Shown here: piece after piece, positions 49,600-59,163 of the stretch
Layout of the letters: each line of letters opens with the position of its first letter
Numbering within the stretch: the first letter of the stretch is position 1
Assembly (NCBI GenBank): GCA_965205605.1
Contig: CBDBHE010000007.1
Location: 32,001-96,000, forward strand
Source: Spirochaetota bacterium
GTDB lineage: Bacteria > Spirochaetota > UBA12135 > COTS27 > CBDBHE01
Direction: 5' to 3'
Length of the DNA: 64,000 bases
Translations under genes and position numbers: made by a program
The notes under the pieces: model-generated
What the model was told of the DNA's origin: nothing
What the model saw: the letters and a program-made list of their open reading frames with translations, nothing else
Database searches by the model: none

Positions 49600-50292
49600 T
49601 CAGACGATTTGTCCATCTTTAATTTTAATTGTTTTTTTTGTGTATTTAAGAACATCAGGATCATGGGTAGAAAGAATAAAAGTAGTTTTGATTTTTTGAT
49701 TCATTTCTTTCATGATTTCTAAAATAACCTGCCCCGTTTTAGAATCTAAATTAGCAGTCGGTTCATCCGCTAAAATAATAGAAGGATCTGTCACCAAAGC
49801 TCTAGCAATCGCAACTCGCTGTCTTTGCCCTCCTGAAAGCTCTGAAGGACGTTGACTCATTTGTTTTTTAAGGCCCACCGCCTCAATAAGAGATAGCGCC
49901 TTTTCTTTGATTTTTTCTTTATCTTCTTTTTTTTTAAACTTAAGAATTAATGGAAACTCAACATTTTCAACCACACTTAAAACAGGGATTAAATTAAAAT
50001 TTTGAAAAATAAACCCAATATTATCAAGCCTCATTAAAGTCAGTTGATTATCATTTAAGTCAATAATCGATTTGCCTTCAATTTTAACAAGGCCACTCGA
50101 AGGCTTATCAATCAAGCCAATAATATTTAATAACGTTGTTTTCCCACTCCCTGAAGGGCCACTAATCGATAAAAACTCCCCTTTTTTAATAGAAAAATTA
50201 ATGTTTTTTAAGGCTTCAACGGTTAAGTTACCAAGAGGATACGTTTTAGAAACATTTTTTAAATCAATTATTACTGAATTAGTATTTATCAT
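49600..50292 (-). CDS. ABC transporter ATP-binding protein (LolD/MacB type)
   Basis: [35 protein letters not shown]; ATG at 50292 chosen as start. Confidence 0.93.
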   Translation of the reverse strand: MINTNSVIIDLKNVSKTYPLGNLTVEALKNINFSIKKGEFLSISGPSGSGKTTLLNIIGLIDKPSSGLVKIEGKSIIDLNDNQLTLMRLDNIGFIFQNFNLIPVLSVVENVEFPLILKFKKKEDKEKIKEKALSLIEAVGLKKQMSQRPSELSGGQRQRVAIARALVTDPSIILADEPTANLDSKTGQVILEIMKEMNQKIKTTFILSTHDPDVLKYTKKTIKIKDGQIV

Positions 50293-50370
50293 TAGATTTT
50301 TTTTAAAGTAATTATATAATTCAAAAAAAAAAAAAAAAAGAAATTCTAAAAAAAAAAAATTAAATATTAG

Positions 50371-50690
50371 ATAACTAATAAGCAGAAACAAAACCTCATT
50401 TTTATCATTGCCATCTTATTAATGGTGATATCGTTTCCGATATCTATAACAAAAACTATAGGCAACTACATCGTTTACGACAACGTATGGGCAAGAATGC
50501 TAAAAGGTGAAAACATTTACATTTGACTCATTAGCTCAGGCTCAGCGTATGCTCCTTACGGCCCCTTCTTTACTTTCATGGGGATGGGGTTTTTATCTTA
50601 CTTTACCTTACTAGAGTCTCTTTTGGATTTCATTTACCCACAAAGCCTTTTTCCTAAAATTCTTTTTTTTACTTGCTACCAAATACTAAT
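50371..50690 (+). pseudogene. Decayed GT87/DUF2029-like membrane glycosyltransferase fragment
   Basis: Frame from 50401: FIIAILLMVISFPISITKTIGNYIVYDNVWARMLKGENIYI*LISSGSAYAPYGPFFTFM. In-frame TGA at 50524, no start before the TM segment, later frameshift. Confidence 0.5.
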
Positions 50691-51068
50691 CTTTTTTCTA
50701 CTACGTTTGTGTCAAAAAAAAAAATGACCTCATCAGTCAAATCATTGTGCTGGGTATATAAAAAAAGTAACCGAAAAAAACATGCTTTCAAGCAAACATA
50801 CCCTCCTAAGCTATCTAAAAAATATCAAAATAGAAAAGACGCTTTATTCTACAACAATTACCTAAGCAAAATGTTTAGTTTTTTAAGGAAAAAAGTAAAC
50901 AATTTTCTAATAATACTTGTGAATGATTTACTTTAACATCAATCAATGACACAATAGCACATAAAGCTCACTGTAAAAAAATCCTTATCACCATTCTCAT
51001 TTTTAGTGGTTCTATTTACAATCGCATTTAAAAAAAAATTATATTAACAAATAAAAGGCTGACTCTAA

Positions 51069-53567
51069 ATGAAGAAAATAAATTATATTTTGATTTTTTT
51101 TTTCTTATTTCCCTTTTTTCTTTACTCACAAGAAAAAAAAGAAATTAACTTTCAAATCAAAGGGAAAGGAGACCTTTCAAAAATAACGCTTATATTAAAA
51201 GTCGGTCAAGATGATATTATTTTTGCTGTCAATAAAAATGGATCGACTTATCAGTTACTCAATCCAAGCAAAAAAGGGATTGTTTTAGAAATCGGCACCT
51301 ACAATCTTGATATGATTGAAGGATCCAAAACGCTTTTAAAAAAAAAGATTGCCATTAATAGCAATACCCCAAAGACAGTTAATATTGATGTTAGAAACAT
51401 TCAAAAAACAGACTCCAAAAAACAAGTCAAAACATTAAAAGAGCTAGTAATCACATCAGATAAAAAAAAAGAAAGTTCGAAAAATATACTCTTAGCTGAA
51501 GAATCCAAGTTTATCCCCGGCACTGCAGGAGACCCCCTCAAGGCAGTAAAAAACCTTCCTGGTGTTGTAAACACAGGCTCTGCCATACTCGATGGCTTGT
51601 ATGTAAGAGGGGGAAATCAAGGGGATGTGTTGTATACAATTGACGATATTAAAATTGGAAATCCATATCATAACATAGGATTTTATTCTGTATTTGCTTC
51701 TGAAATGATTGATAGTACTGATTTTTATCCGAGTGCTTATCCTTTTGATTTTGGAAATACCCAAGGAGCCGCCATTAATATTTTAAGTCGCTCCGATAAT
51801 CCTCAAGAAATTTCAGGAGTGGTTGATTTGAATATAGGCATCGCTTTTGCTAATTTAATTATTCCTTTAATTAAAAATAAATTAGATCTTTACACTAGTT
51901 TTAAACGCTCTAATTATGAAATCTATCTTGCTATTGCAAAAAGTATCCCTGAGATTCCAAGAAACCTAATTGATTTTCCTGCCCCTGTTTTTTTTGATAA
52001 CTACAATAAACTTAGCTGGAAAATTGATTCTAAACAATCACTTTCTTTGCTTGTTATTGGAAAATACGATGATATTAAAATAGCAACCTCTTTTCCGTTT
52101 GAAGATGAGGATAGTAAAACAAATGATGTGCTCATTGAAAATGCTTTTAGAAATTATTGGAATACCGCTGCAGTTACCTATTTATGGGATAGTGGGAAAA
52201 TGAAAAACAAATTGATTGTTTCTCAACTTTTTGAAAGAAACAATGTCTTTTTATTTGGGAGCTCTTTTAGCAAAACAGATGCGACCAAATGGAGCATTCA
52301 AGATAAATGGAGTTATCAAATGAACGACTCCTTCAACTTTAAAGCAGGAGTCGAATACACTTATGACGAAGAAACGGGAGAAGGAAGAATCTTTAGTCAA
52401 AGAGAAGTCTTTGAAAATCAACAAGTAGCCAATAGAGTTACAAGTGATTATGCTGCTATTACCAATACCATTGAGTTTTTTTCTTCTGGAAATTTAAAAA
52501 GCCTCGATGACTTTAACAGGCACTCTATCAGTTTTTATGGGGGTTTCGACTGGAAATTAAATCAATTCATTTTTTCTCTTGGAGCTTTTTCCACTTACAA
52601 GATTTCAGAAAAATTCAATTATTTTATTGACCCTCGTTTAGAAATCACCTACCTTGTTAATGATCATTACTCTATTTTCACACGTATTGGGAAGTATAGT
52701 CAACTACCTCCTTTAATTGAACAAATCCCTATGGAGTTTCCTAAAAAAATTGATGATAATATCACAAGCCCTTATATCGAGCATTACGTTTTAGGATTAG
52801 AAACAAAAAAGCTTCCTTTGGATATCAAAGGAGAACTTTATTACCAAAATGGAATCGATCAAATTTTACCCAATCCTGAGCTTGATCCGAGTAAAGATCT
52901 TGACCCAAAAACCAATCCAACCACTTTAAACTCAGGATATAATCGAGGATATGGAGCTGAAATTTTAATCAAAAAAAAATTTTCAAAAAAACAATTTGGA
53001 TGGCTTGCTTATACGTATTCTGTTGCCCAAAGATATGAATATAAAGAAAACTCAAGCGTACAAGAATGGATTTTTTTTAATGAAGATGTCACACATCAAG
53101 TTAATTTAGTTTACTCTTATAAAATAAATAAAAACTGGAGAATTGGGACAAGAGCTAATATAACATCAGGAAAACCAAGAACAGAGACTCTCCTTGTTTT
53201 CAATGATAAAGATAGTAATGGAAAAATTAACCGTAACGAACTCTCTTATCTAGATGATAATAATCATCGAAATCAAGCGAGAAATCCTTATAATTATCGT
53301 CTAGATTTTAGAGTGGATTATATTACCAAACTATTTGGAGGAGAGCTTAATTTTTATTTAGATTTTTGGAATATTGAAGGGTTTTTTCATCAAAATATTT
53401 TAGGCTATCAAAGCAGTATTAGTTACTTATCAAAAGAGGCTCCTAACCAACTAGGTCCAGGTGATTTCAACAGTGATAATCAGCGAGTCGTCCCTACCAG
53501 TAAATTACAATCTACTAGTCAAGTACCCCCCTTTTTACCTTTATTAGGAGTGCAGTATAAATTTTAA
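51069..53567 (+). CDS. TonB-dependent outer-membrane receptor
   Basis: Signal peptide, plug motifs PGTAGDPLKAVKNLPGV and LYVRGG, barrel motifs GYGAEILIKK, GWLAYTYS and YRLDFRVD, terminal GVQYKF. Confidence 0.9.
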   Translation: MKKINYILIFFFLFPFFLYSQEKKEINFQIKGKGDLSKITLILKVGQDDIIFAVNKNGSTYQLLNPSKKGIVLEIGTYNLDMIEGSKTLLKKKIAINSNTPKTVNIDVRNIQKTDSKKQVKTLKELVITSDKKKESSKNILLAEESKFIPGTAGDPLKAVKNLPGVVNTGSAILDGLYVRGGNQGDVLYTIDDIKIGNPYHNIGFYSVFASEMIDSTDFYPSAYPFDFGNTQGAAINILSRSDNPQEISGVVDLNIGIAFANLIIPLIKNKLDLYTSFKRSNYEIYLAIAKSIPEIPRNLIDFPAPVFFDNYNKLSWKIDSKQSLSLLVIGKYDDIKIATSFPFEDEDSKTNDVLIENAFRNYWNTAAVTYLWDSGKMKNKLIVSQLFERNNVFLFGSSFSKTDATKWSIQDKWSYQMNDSFNFKAGVEYTYDEETGEGRIFSQREVFENQQVANRVTSDYAAITNTIEFFSSGNLKSLDDFNRHSISFYGGFDWKLNQFIFSLGAFSTYKISEKFNYFIDPRLEITYLVNDHYSIFTRIGKYSQLPPLIEQIPMEFPKKIDDNITSPYIEHYVLGLETKKLPLDIKGELYYQNGIDQILPNPELDPSKDLDPKTNPTTLNSGYNRGYGAEILIKKKFSKKQFGWLAYTYSVAQRYEYKENSSVQEWIFFNEDVTHQVNLVYSYKINKNWRIGTRANITSGKPRTETLLVFNDKDSNGKINRNELSYLDDNNHRNQARNPYNYRLDFRVDYITKLFGGELNFYLDFWNIEGFFHQNILGYQSSISYLSKEAPNQLGPGDFNSDNQRVVPTSKLQSTSQVPPFLPLLGVQYKF

Positions 53568-53593
53568 ATAAAATAATGGTTTAATTTACTTGA

Positions 53594-53998
53594 TTGGTTT
53601 ATACTACTACTAATAATGAAATGATCATTAAAAAAATGGAAAAGCTTAAAATTCTAACTAAAAGATTCGAAATTTTTCTTAAAAAAAGATGGGTTTATGT
53701 GAGAAGACTTCGTTTTTTAAAAAAAATTAAGCCGATTCATAGAAATAAAATCATTTCTGATATTTTTAAAATCATTCAAAAGTCAAAAGACCCTCATTTC
53801 ATCGATAGAAACATTCATCATTTTGCTTTTAAGCCAAGAAAAGAGAATGAAAACAAATGGTACAATAAAGATGCTGAAATTTGGCTTATTTATAATTCGC
53901 TTCCTTTGGCAGATTCACATACAGCTAAAGATATTAAAAGATACTTACAAGAACAAAAAAATAAAATAAAAACCTCACTTTTTTTTGTTTTTTTATAA
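53594..53998 (+). CDS. Small basic hypothetical protein
   Basis: 134-aa ORF following the TBDR; no recognised motif; start uncertain. Confidence 0.4.
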   Translation: MVYTTTNNEMIIKKMEKLKILTKRFEIFLKKRWVYVRRLRFLKKIKPIHRNKIISDIFKIIQKSKDPHFIDRNIHHFAFKPRKENENKWYNKDAEIWLIYNSLPLADSHTAKDIKRYLQEQKNKIKTSLFFVFL

Positions 53999-54357
53999 AA
54001 TCACTTTATTTTCAAAAAAATCTTTTTGATCATTAAATTAAAATAAATTGATTCTAAGCAAATTTTTTTCACTTTAAAATTTGGCTTCTCACCTCATTAT
54101 AATAAAGATCGTATTTACAAACTCTAAGAAGCAAAAAAACTACAATGCATTTTTGTAGCCTTTATTTCAAAGGACAATCAAGTAAGTGCCAAAACAAATT
54201 CAACAACCTTTGTATAACGTGCTAATAAATAAGATGAACCTGCCAAATTCAAATCATTGGCCATACAAACTAAAGCTTGCTTAAGTCATAAAACAATTTT
54301 CTTGTAAAATTACTTTTTCCCGTACATTTATAGAAAATTGGATTGAATCGGGATTGA

Positions 54358-54513
54358 TTGATTGATACAAGTATTTTGCTTAATTCTAAAATACCAAACA
54401 CAACGATCAGCGATACCTATAGAAAGACTAAAAGAAATTACTTAGATATAGAAATTAATGAAAATGATATAAACATAGTAAACAAAAGGTTGAATGAGAG
54501 CAAAGAAAAATAG
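54358..54513 (+). pseudogene. Possible remnant of an N4/N6 DNA methyltransferase C-terminus
   Basis: TT..(x)..KTKRNYLDIEINENDINIVNKRL resembles the terminal RNYIGIEI...Y..IA..RL segment of beta-class MTases. Confidence 0.35.
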
Positions 54514-54652
54514 AGAAAATAAGTATTTTCACACTCACAAATGCATTCTTGATCCGCTTTTAAAAGTTTATTTAGATAATAAATTTTAGGTCATTTTGAA
54601 ATAAACAAGCATACGGGACTTTAAATAGAACTACCTATAAAGGTAGATATTC

Positions 54653-54749
54653 AATTTGGATAAAGTTTATCGTGAAAATAAAAAATTAGCTTTAACTGAG
54701 CAAAAATATGAAGCAAGAAAAGAAATAGATTGAATTTTAGTGCTTTTTT
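54653..54749. repeat. Imperfect ~95-bp direct repeat, copy 1 (upstream of PL8 gene)
   Basis: Shares the exact 20-mer TTATCGTGAAAATAAAAAAT and AGATTGAATyTTAGTGCTTTTT with 57740-57832. Confidence 0.85.
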
Positions 54750-54878
54750 TTATATGTGTATTTTTCCTATAGAAAAAGTATGAAATATTTTATACTTAAA
54801 TAAAGTTTAAAAAAAATAAAGCTTTAAGCATAATGTTATTATATATAGTCAAATATTTATAAAGAAGGGGTAAAAACA

Positions 54879-57572
54879 ATGTTTTATAAGAGTTTTTTGC
54901 TAAAAGGTCTATTTTTATGTTTATTGTTGCTAATAGTAGTACCAACTTTGCAGGGGCAAACGGATGCAGAAAAGAAAAAATCGGTAGATTACATTCGCTC
55001 TATGATGTTGCAGGGCTTATATTATAACGCGGAACCTAAAGCAGAAGTGTTAGGGTTAGGTCAAACAAAAGTTATTGTAAACGAAAAATCAAGAGCGATA
55101 TATAACGGAAAAAACTTACAAAATATGGATTTAAATAGCGTCCATGCCTTTTTTGCCTCTGGTACCTACAAAAATATCAACAAGGACAATATTGTTGATT
55201 ACCAACACAAATTGGTTGTATTAGCTTTTATTTACCATGGAATAGAAAAATTTTACTTACCACGATTTAAATTTAAAAATGTAGAATCTGCTAAGAAACG
55301 CAAAGGTAATAAGGATGTACGCAAGCTTATTTTAGAGGGCATAAAGCTTATTTTATCCGAAAAACATCGACCTGGGCATGCCTACCATGTGACATATTCT
55401 TATCACTACTATCCGAAATACACGACGACTACGATAAGTGCGGTGGCAACTTTATTGTTTGATGAATTCAACAAAAAGAATGACAATATGGATTTAATAG
55501 AAAAAAAAGAATTTGCTGAAGTGTTTAAGAAAATTAAAGATTACTGTAGAATTTTAGGATATGGGGGGGTGCAAATTACAGGTGCTAACTGGGCTATTCG
55601 AGGCAGCTTTAATGCCCTTTTATATCTATCAGCTGTTAGCCAAGTGGAAGAAATGGAAGCCTTTATGAAGCAGCACGATATTTCTATGAGGCGTTTAAAT
55701 GATGAGGGCGTTACCTACGATTATGGTTTTTTTCATCACACTTATTGTAACTACTGGGGCAAATATGGTATTCATTATTTTAAGTTAACCGCTGATTTAG
55801 CCATGCTATTGGAGGCCACACCGTGGAAATTTTCCACGTGGAAAAAACGTTTTTTGCGCAATTGCTTGTTAGATGGGTTTGGACCCCTGGTTTATCGAGG
55901 CAATATACTTGCCCTTGAAGGTGGCAAGGCTTCGCTGACGGGAGGCATTACTAAAGCTTACAGTTCACAATACTTAAAACCCGTTGAAAAATTAATAAAA
56001 TTGTGGGGCATTGATGAGTTTGGTGGCTCACGTAAAGACGAAGTACTGGCCTACATCAACAATTTTGATAGTAGTGCTGACCACAAGCCAGAAGATAGTA
56101 AATTAATCGAATCAGAAAACCACAAAGTATATTGGTATAGTGCTAAACAAGTACATCGACGCAAAAACTATGCTGTACTAGTCGGTAGGCTTAATAAATG
56201 GGTTGGTTCACCTGAACGCGAACAAAGGGTACAACCCGATTTATCTTTTGCTACATCTTCTTACTATGCTTTTGGCTACACATCATTTTTAACCAAAGGA
56301 CCAGAGCATACCCATGCCAGAGCCGCTTGGGATTTTACCACACTTCCAGGTACTACTGTGGCAATTGGTATGCGTGGTATTTATAAACTCAAACAAAATA
56401 TAGAAACAAAGGTGCCATATTCTGGCGGCGTTTCCGATGGCATGTATGGGGTGGGTGGTTTTATTTGTGATGCTGGAAATAAGGGAAATAATAGGCGGCA
56501 TCCCGTTGTGTCTACCAAAGGCAATTTCTTTTTTGATGACGAAATAGTGATGTTAGGACAAAGTATTTCGCGCAAGTATGATGTTTTTGAACCTTACCCA
56601 AGCCCACCCTGGAGCGATAATTCGGATAATCCTGTGTGGACTACCATCGACCAAACTGATGCTCGTACTTCGCTCACTTACAACTTAGGCGATAACTCTG
56701 CTACAAAAGTCATTCCTAAAATTTCCAATTCCGATCAAGGTACTTCTCTTAAAATAAAAACCAAAGGGGATGTGGCATGGTTTCACCACGATGACAAAGG
56801 CTACCTTATTTTAGGAAAAAACAAAGCTATTGTGTTAGAGATGAAAAATTTTCCGGTGTACGAAGCTAGATTTTCCCTTGGTTCGTACACAGGCGCTCTT
56901 GTCGCATTGGGTGATCAAACACCTCCTCGGAAATTAAAAAATTTAGGTCGTTCTATTAAAAAAAAATTAATAAAAAAATATGGCAGAAAAAAATTAAACG
57001 GATTTGCTACTATAAATAGCCCCGAGTTGAAAGTAATAAGGCAACTTCCCTTGATACGTCTTGCCATTGATCACGGCAAAAAACCTAAAAACGAGTCTTA
57101 TGACTATGTGTTGCTACCCAATGTAACCGCTAAACAAGTTGAAAATTACGCAAAAAATTTGCCTTTTAACATTATTATCAATAAAAAGGGTATTCAAGCA
57201 GTCGTGCATAAAAATCTTAATATGGCTCAAGTACTCTTTTATAAAAATGGCGGCAATATTAAATTTAAGCTTGGTGGTAAAAATATCGAATTAAAAGCTT
57301 CTACATACTCTGCTATTTTGCTAGCACGTGATAAAAATAATGAAAAAGCATATCGTATTTCAGTCTCCGAACCCACTTATTTGGCAAGCTCTTTGAAAGT
57401 AACCATCAAAGGATTGGCCTTTTCTTTAGATACCAAAAAAACCAAAAAAAAAGCTGCTATAGCTACAAAAGTAAAAGGGAATGACAAAAGCCAAATGACT
57501 TCCATAAGTTTTAAACTTTCAAAGAAAAACATAACCGATAAAAGCATAACTGCTCATCTCATTTTGTTGTGA
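54879..57572 (+). CDS. Secreted polysaccharide lyase family 8 (chondroitin/hyaluronate lyase-like)
   Basis: Signal peptide; TGANW, EG..YDYGFFHH..Y.G.YG, WDFTTLPGTT, GGVSDG.YG, FFFDDEIV.LG, IDHG.KP.N.SY.Y..LP; RBS-like GAAGGGG. Confidence 0.85.
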   Translation: MFYKSFLLKGLFLCLLLLIVVPTLQGQTDAEKKKSVDYIRSMMLQGLYYNAEPKAEVLGLGQTKVIVNEKSRAIYNGKNLQNMDLNSVHAFFASGTYKNINKDNIVDYQHKLVVLAFIYHGIEKFYLPRFKFKNVESAKKRKGNKDVRKLILEGIKLILSEKHRPGHAYHVTYSYHYYPKYTTTTISAVATLLFDEFNKKNDNMDLIEKKEFAEVFKKIKDYCRILGYGGVQITGANWAIRGSFNALLYLSAVSQVEEMEAFMKQHDISMRRLNDEGVTYDYGFFHHTYCNYWGKYGIHYFKLTADLAMLLEATPWKFSTWKKRFLRNCLLDGFGPLVYRGNILALEGGKASLTGGITKAYSSQYLKPVEKLIKLWGIDEFGGSRKDEVLAYINNFDSSADHKPEDSKLIESENHKVYWYSAKQVHRRKNYAVLVGRLNKWVGSPEREQRVQPDLSFATSSYYAFGYTSFLTKGPEHTHARAAWDFTTLPGTTVAIGMRGIYKLKQNIETKVPYSGGVSDGMYGVGGFICDAGNKGNNRRHPVVSTKGNFFFDDEIVMLGQSISRKYDVFEPYPSPPWSDNSDNPVWTTIDQTDARTSLTYNLGDNSATKVIPKISNSDQGTSLKIKTKGDVAWFHHDDKGYLILGKNKAIVLEMKNFPVYEARFSLGSYTGALVALGDQTPPRKLKNLGRSIKKKLIKKYGRKKLNGFATINSPELKVIRQLPLIRLAIDHGKKPKNESYDYVLLPNVTAKQVENYAKNLPFNIIINKKGIQAVVHKNLNMAQVLFYKNGGNIKFKLGGKNIELKASTYSAILLARDKNNEKAYRISVSEPTYLASSLKVTIKGLAFSLDTKKTKKKAAIATKVKGNDKSQMTSISFKLSKKNITDKSITAHLILL

Positions 57573-57739
57573 GTTAGCTCTAATTAAACAAGTAACCGTT
57601 TTTTTGTAAAACAGAGATGAAATGTTAATGAAATTAACACTTTTAATAGATTGTCTATTCTCGCCATGCTCACCAAACAAAAGATAACCTTCACAAGAAT
57701 AGTGCTATTTTGTAACAGAGCTTTTGTTTAAACTTAGCA

Positions 57740-57832
57740 AATTTGGCTCAAAGCTTATCGTGAAAATAAAAAATCGACTTTAACTAGACAAAAATATAAG
57801 AAAAAAAGCAGATTGAATCTTAGTGCTTTTTT
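57740..57832. repeat. Imperfect ~95-bp direct repeat, copy 2 (downstream of PL8 gene)
   Basis: Same orientation and cores as 54653-54749. Confidence 0.85.
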
Positions 57833-57984
57833 GTATTACATAGCTGGCATAAAAAAAAGACGAAGATGAGAAAAAACAATCGTTATTTTCAATTGTTTAT
57901 TTTCTCTAAATAAGAAAGAATCACTACATCTCTTGTCCCAAGAGGTTTTATTAATAGAAGATAAACATAAGAATCTTTTTTTTT

Positions 57985-59038
57985 TTAAGAAAATTTCTTA
58001 CTATTTTTAATTTTAATTGATAATTTTTCCTTCCATTCTTTTATGGACTCAACGTTACTAACCAAACTGTTTTCATCTCCCCCAAGTGCTTCTGAAATAC
58101 CACCTCGATTAGAAGCCAACACATCAATTCCCAAAGCTTTCGCCTCAACAATGATACGAGGATAAGATTCAAACCACCTCGAAGGCACTAAAACAAGAAA
58201 AGCATATTGGTAAACCAAAACAACTTCTTTTTCCCAAGGCATATAAGAAATATTTTTAACTACTTTTTTTTTTTCAAAAAATCGATCAAAAAAATAAAAA
58301 TGTTCTTCTGTAAAAAACTTTGCTAGCTTATAAAAAACATCAACTCCTTTAAAAAAATTATTTCCAATAAAAACAATGCCCTTTACAAAGGGTTTCTTTT
58401 TAAGTTTCTTAAAAGAAGTCATCAAGGCTTTTTTACTTGTTTTTGGTAAATTAACAAAAACATTATTTTGAGTAAGTTGTAAAGCTTCCCGCTTAATAAA
58501 TTCAGAATTGGCCATCACTTGAGCTTTCTTAAAGCATTTTTTCAAATCACGCTTCCAATAAAAATAAAAAGGCAACGCACTAAAAGAATAACAAAACCTC
58601 AAAAATCTTTTAAAACCTCTGTAATAGTTATTATTCCAACCAAGTCCCGTTTCATCTCGAATACAATAAACACAAGGCCCCCTATACGCATTAATGGCTG
58701 CCGGTGCAAAATACCCATAACTATAAAGGATATCTTCTGTAGGTAATTGTTTAAAAAAATATTCAATTTTTTTTTTATTTAAAAAATATTCAATGTAAAT
58801 CCATCTCGTAAAAGAAAAAGGAATCAAAAAAGAGAACGTTATTTTTCGCCAAGTTTTAGGAAAAGTCATCTGATGTTTATGAGCCCCAAAAGATTTAATT
58901 TTATCACAAAAAACCACTGTAACCTTCTTTCCTTGTTTTTCTTGATCCAAACAAAACTGATGCATACTTATTTCAGCACCCCCCACTTGATACCCAAAAA
59001 ATTTAGAAAAAATTAAAATATTTTTTAGATGATTTCAT
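57985..59038 (-). CDS. Glycosyltransferase family 4 (5' end probably frameshifted)
   Basis: GGAE N-terminal motif, PSRWFESYPRIIVEA, ASNRGGISE. The in-frame KNILIFSKFFGYQVGGAE has no ATG; the ATG at 59038 is out of frame by 1 nt across an A6 run. Confidence 0.8.
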
Positions 59039-59093
59039 CACTAATAATTAGCTTTTAAAAAAAATATTTTTAGATTAAAATATAACTTAATTC

Positions 59094-59122
59094 AGATTTA
59101 GATTTAGATTTAGATTTAGATT
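59094..59122. repeat. Hexanucleotide microsatellite (AGATTT) x about 4.8 in a divergent intergenic region
   Basis: agattt agattt agattt agattt agatt read directly. Confidence 0.9.
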
Positions 59123-59163
59123 CAAAATACTGTTAACAACATTCTAGCAAAAAATTATTTTTT

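Noticed and set aside
50524-50526. In-frame TGA as recoding (Trp/Sec or alternative genetic code)
   Set aside because: TGA is a normal stop here (recC, recB and cyclase ATGA overlaps), and the fragment has other lesions.
50673-50936. 87-aa ORF
   Set aside because: TTG start, no motif, lies in pseudogene debris.
54653-57832. Direct repeats as integron attC sites
   Set aside because: No clear RYYYAAC...GTTRRRY inverted-repeat structure and no integrase in the window.
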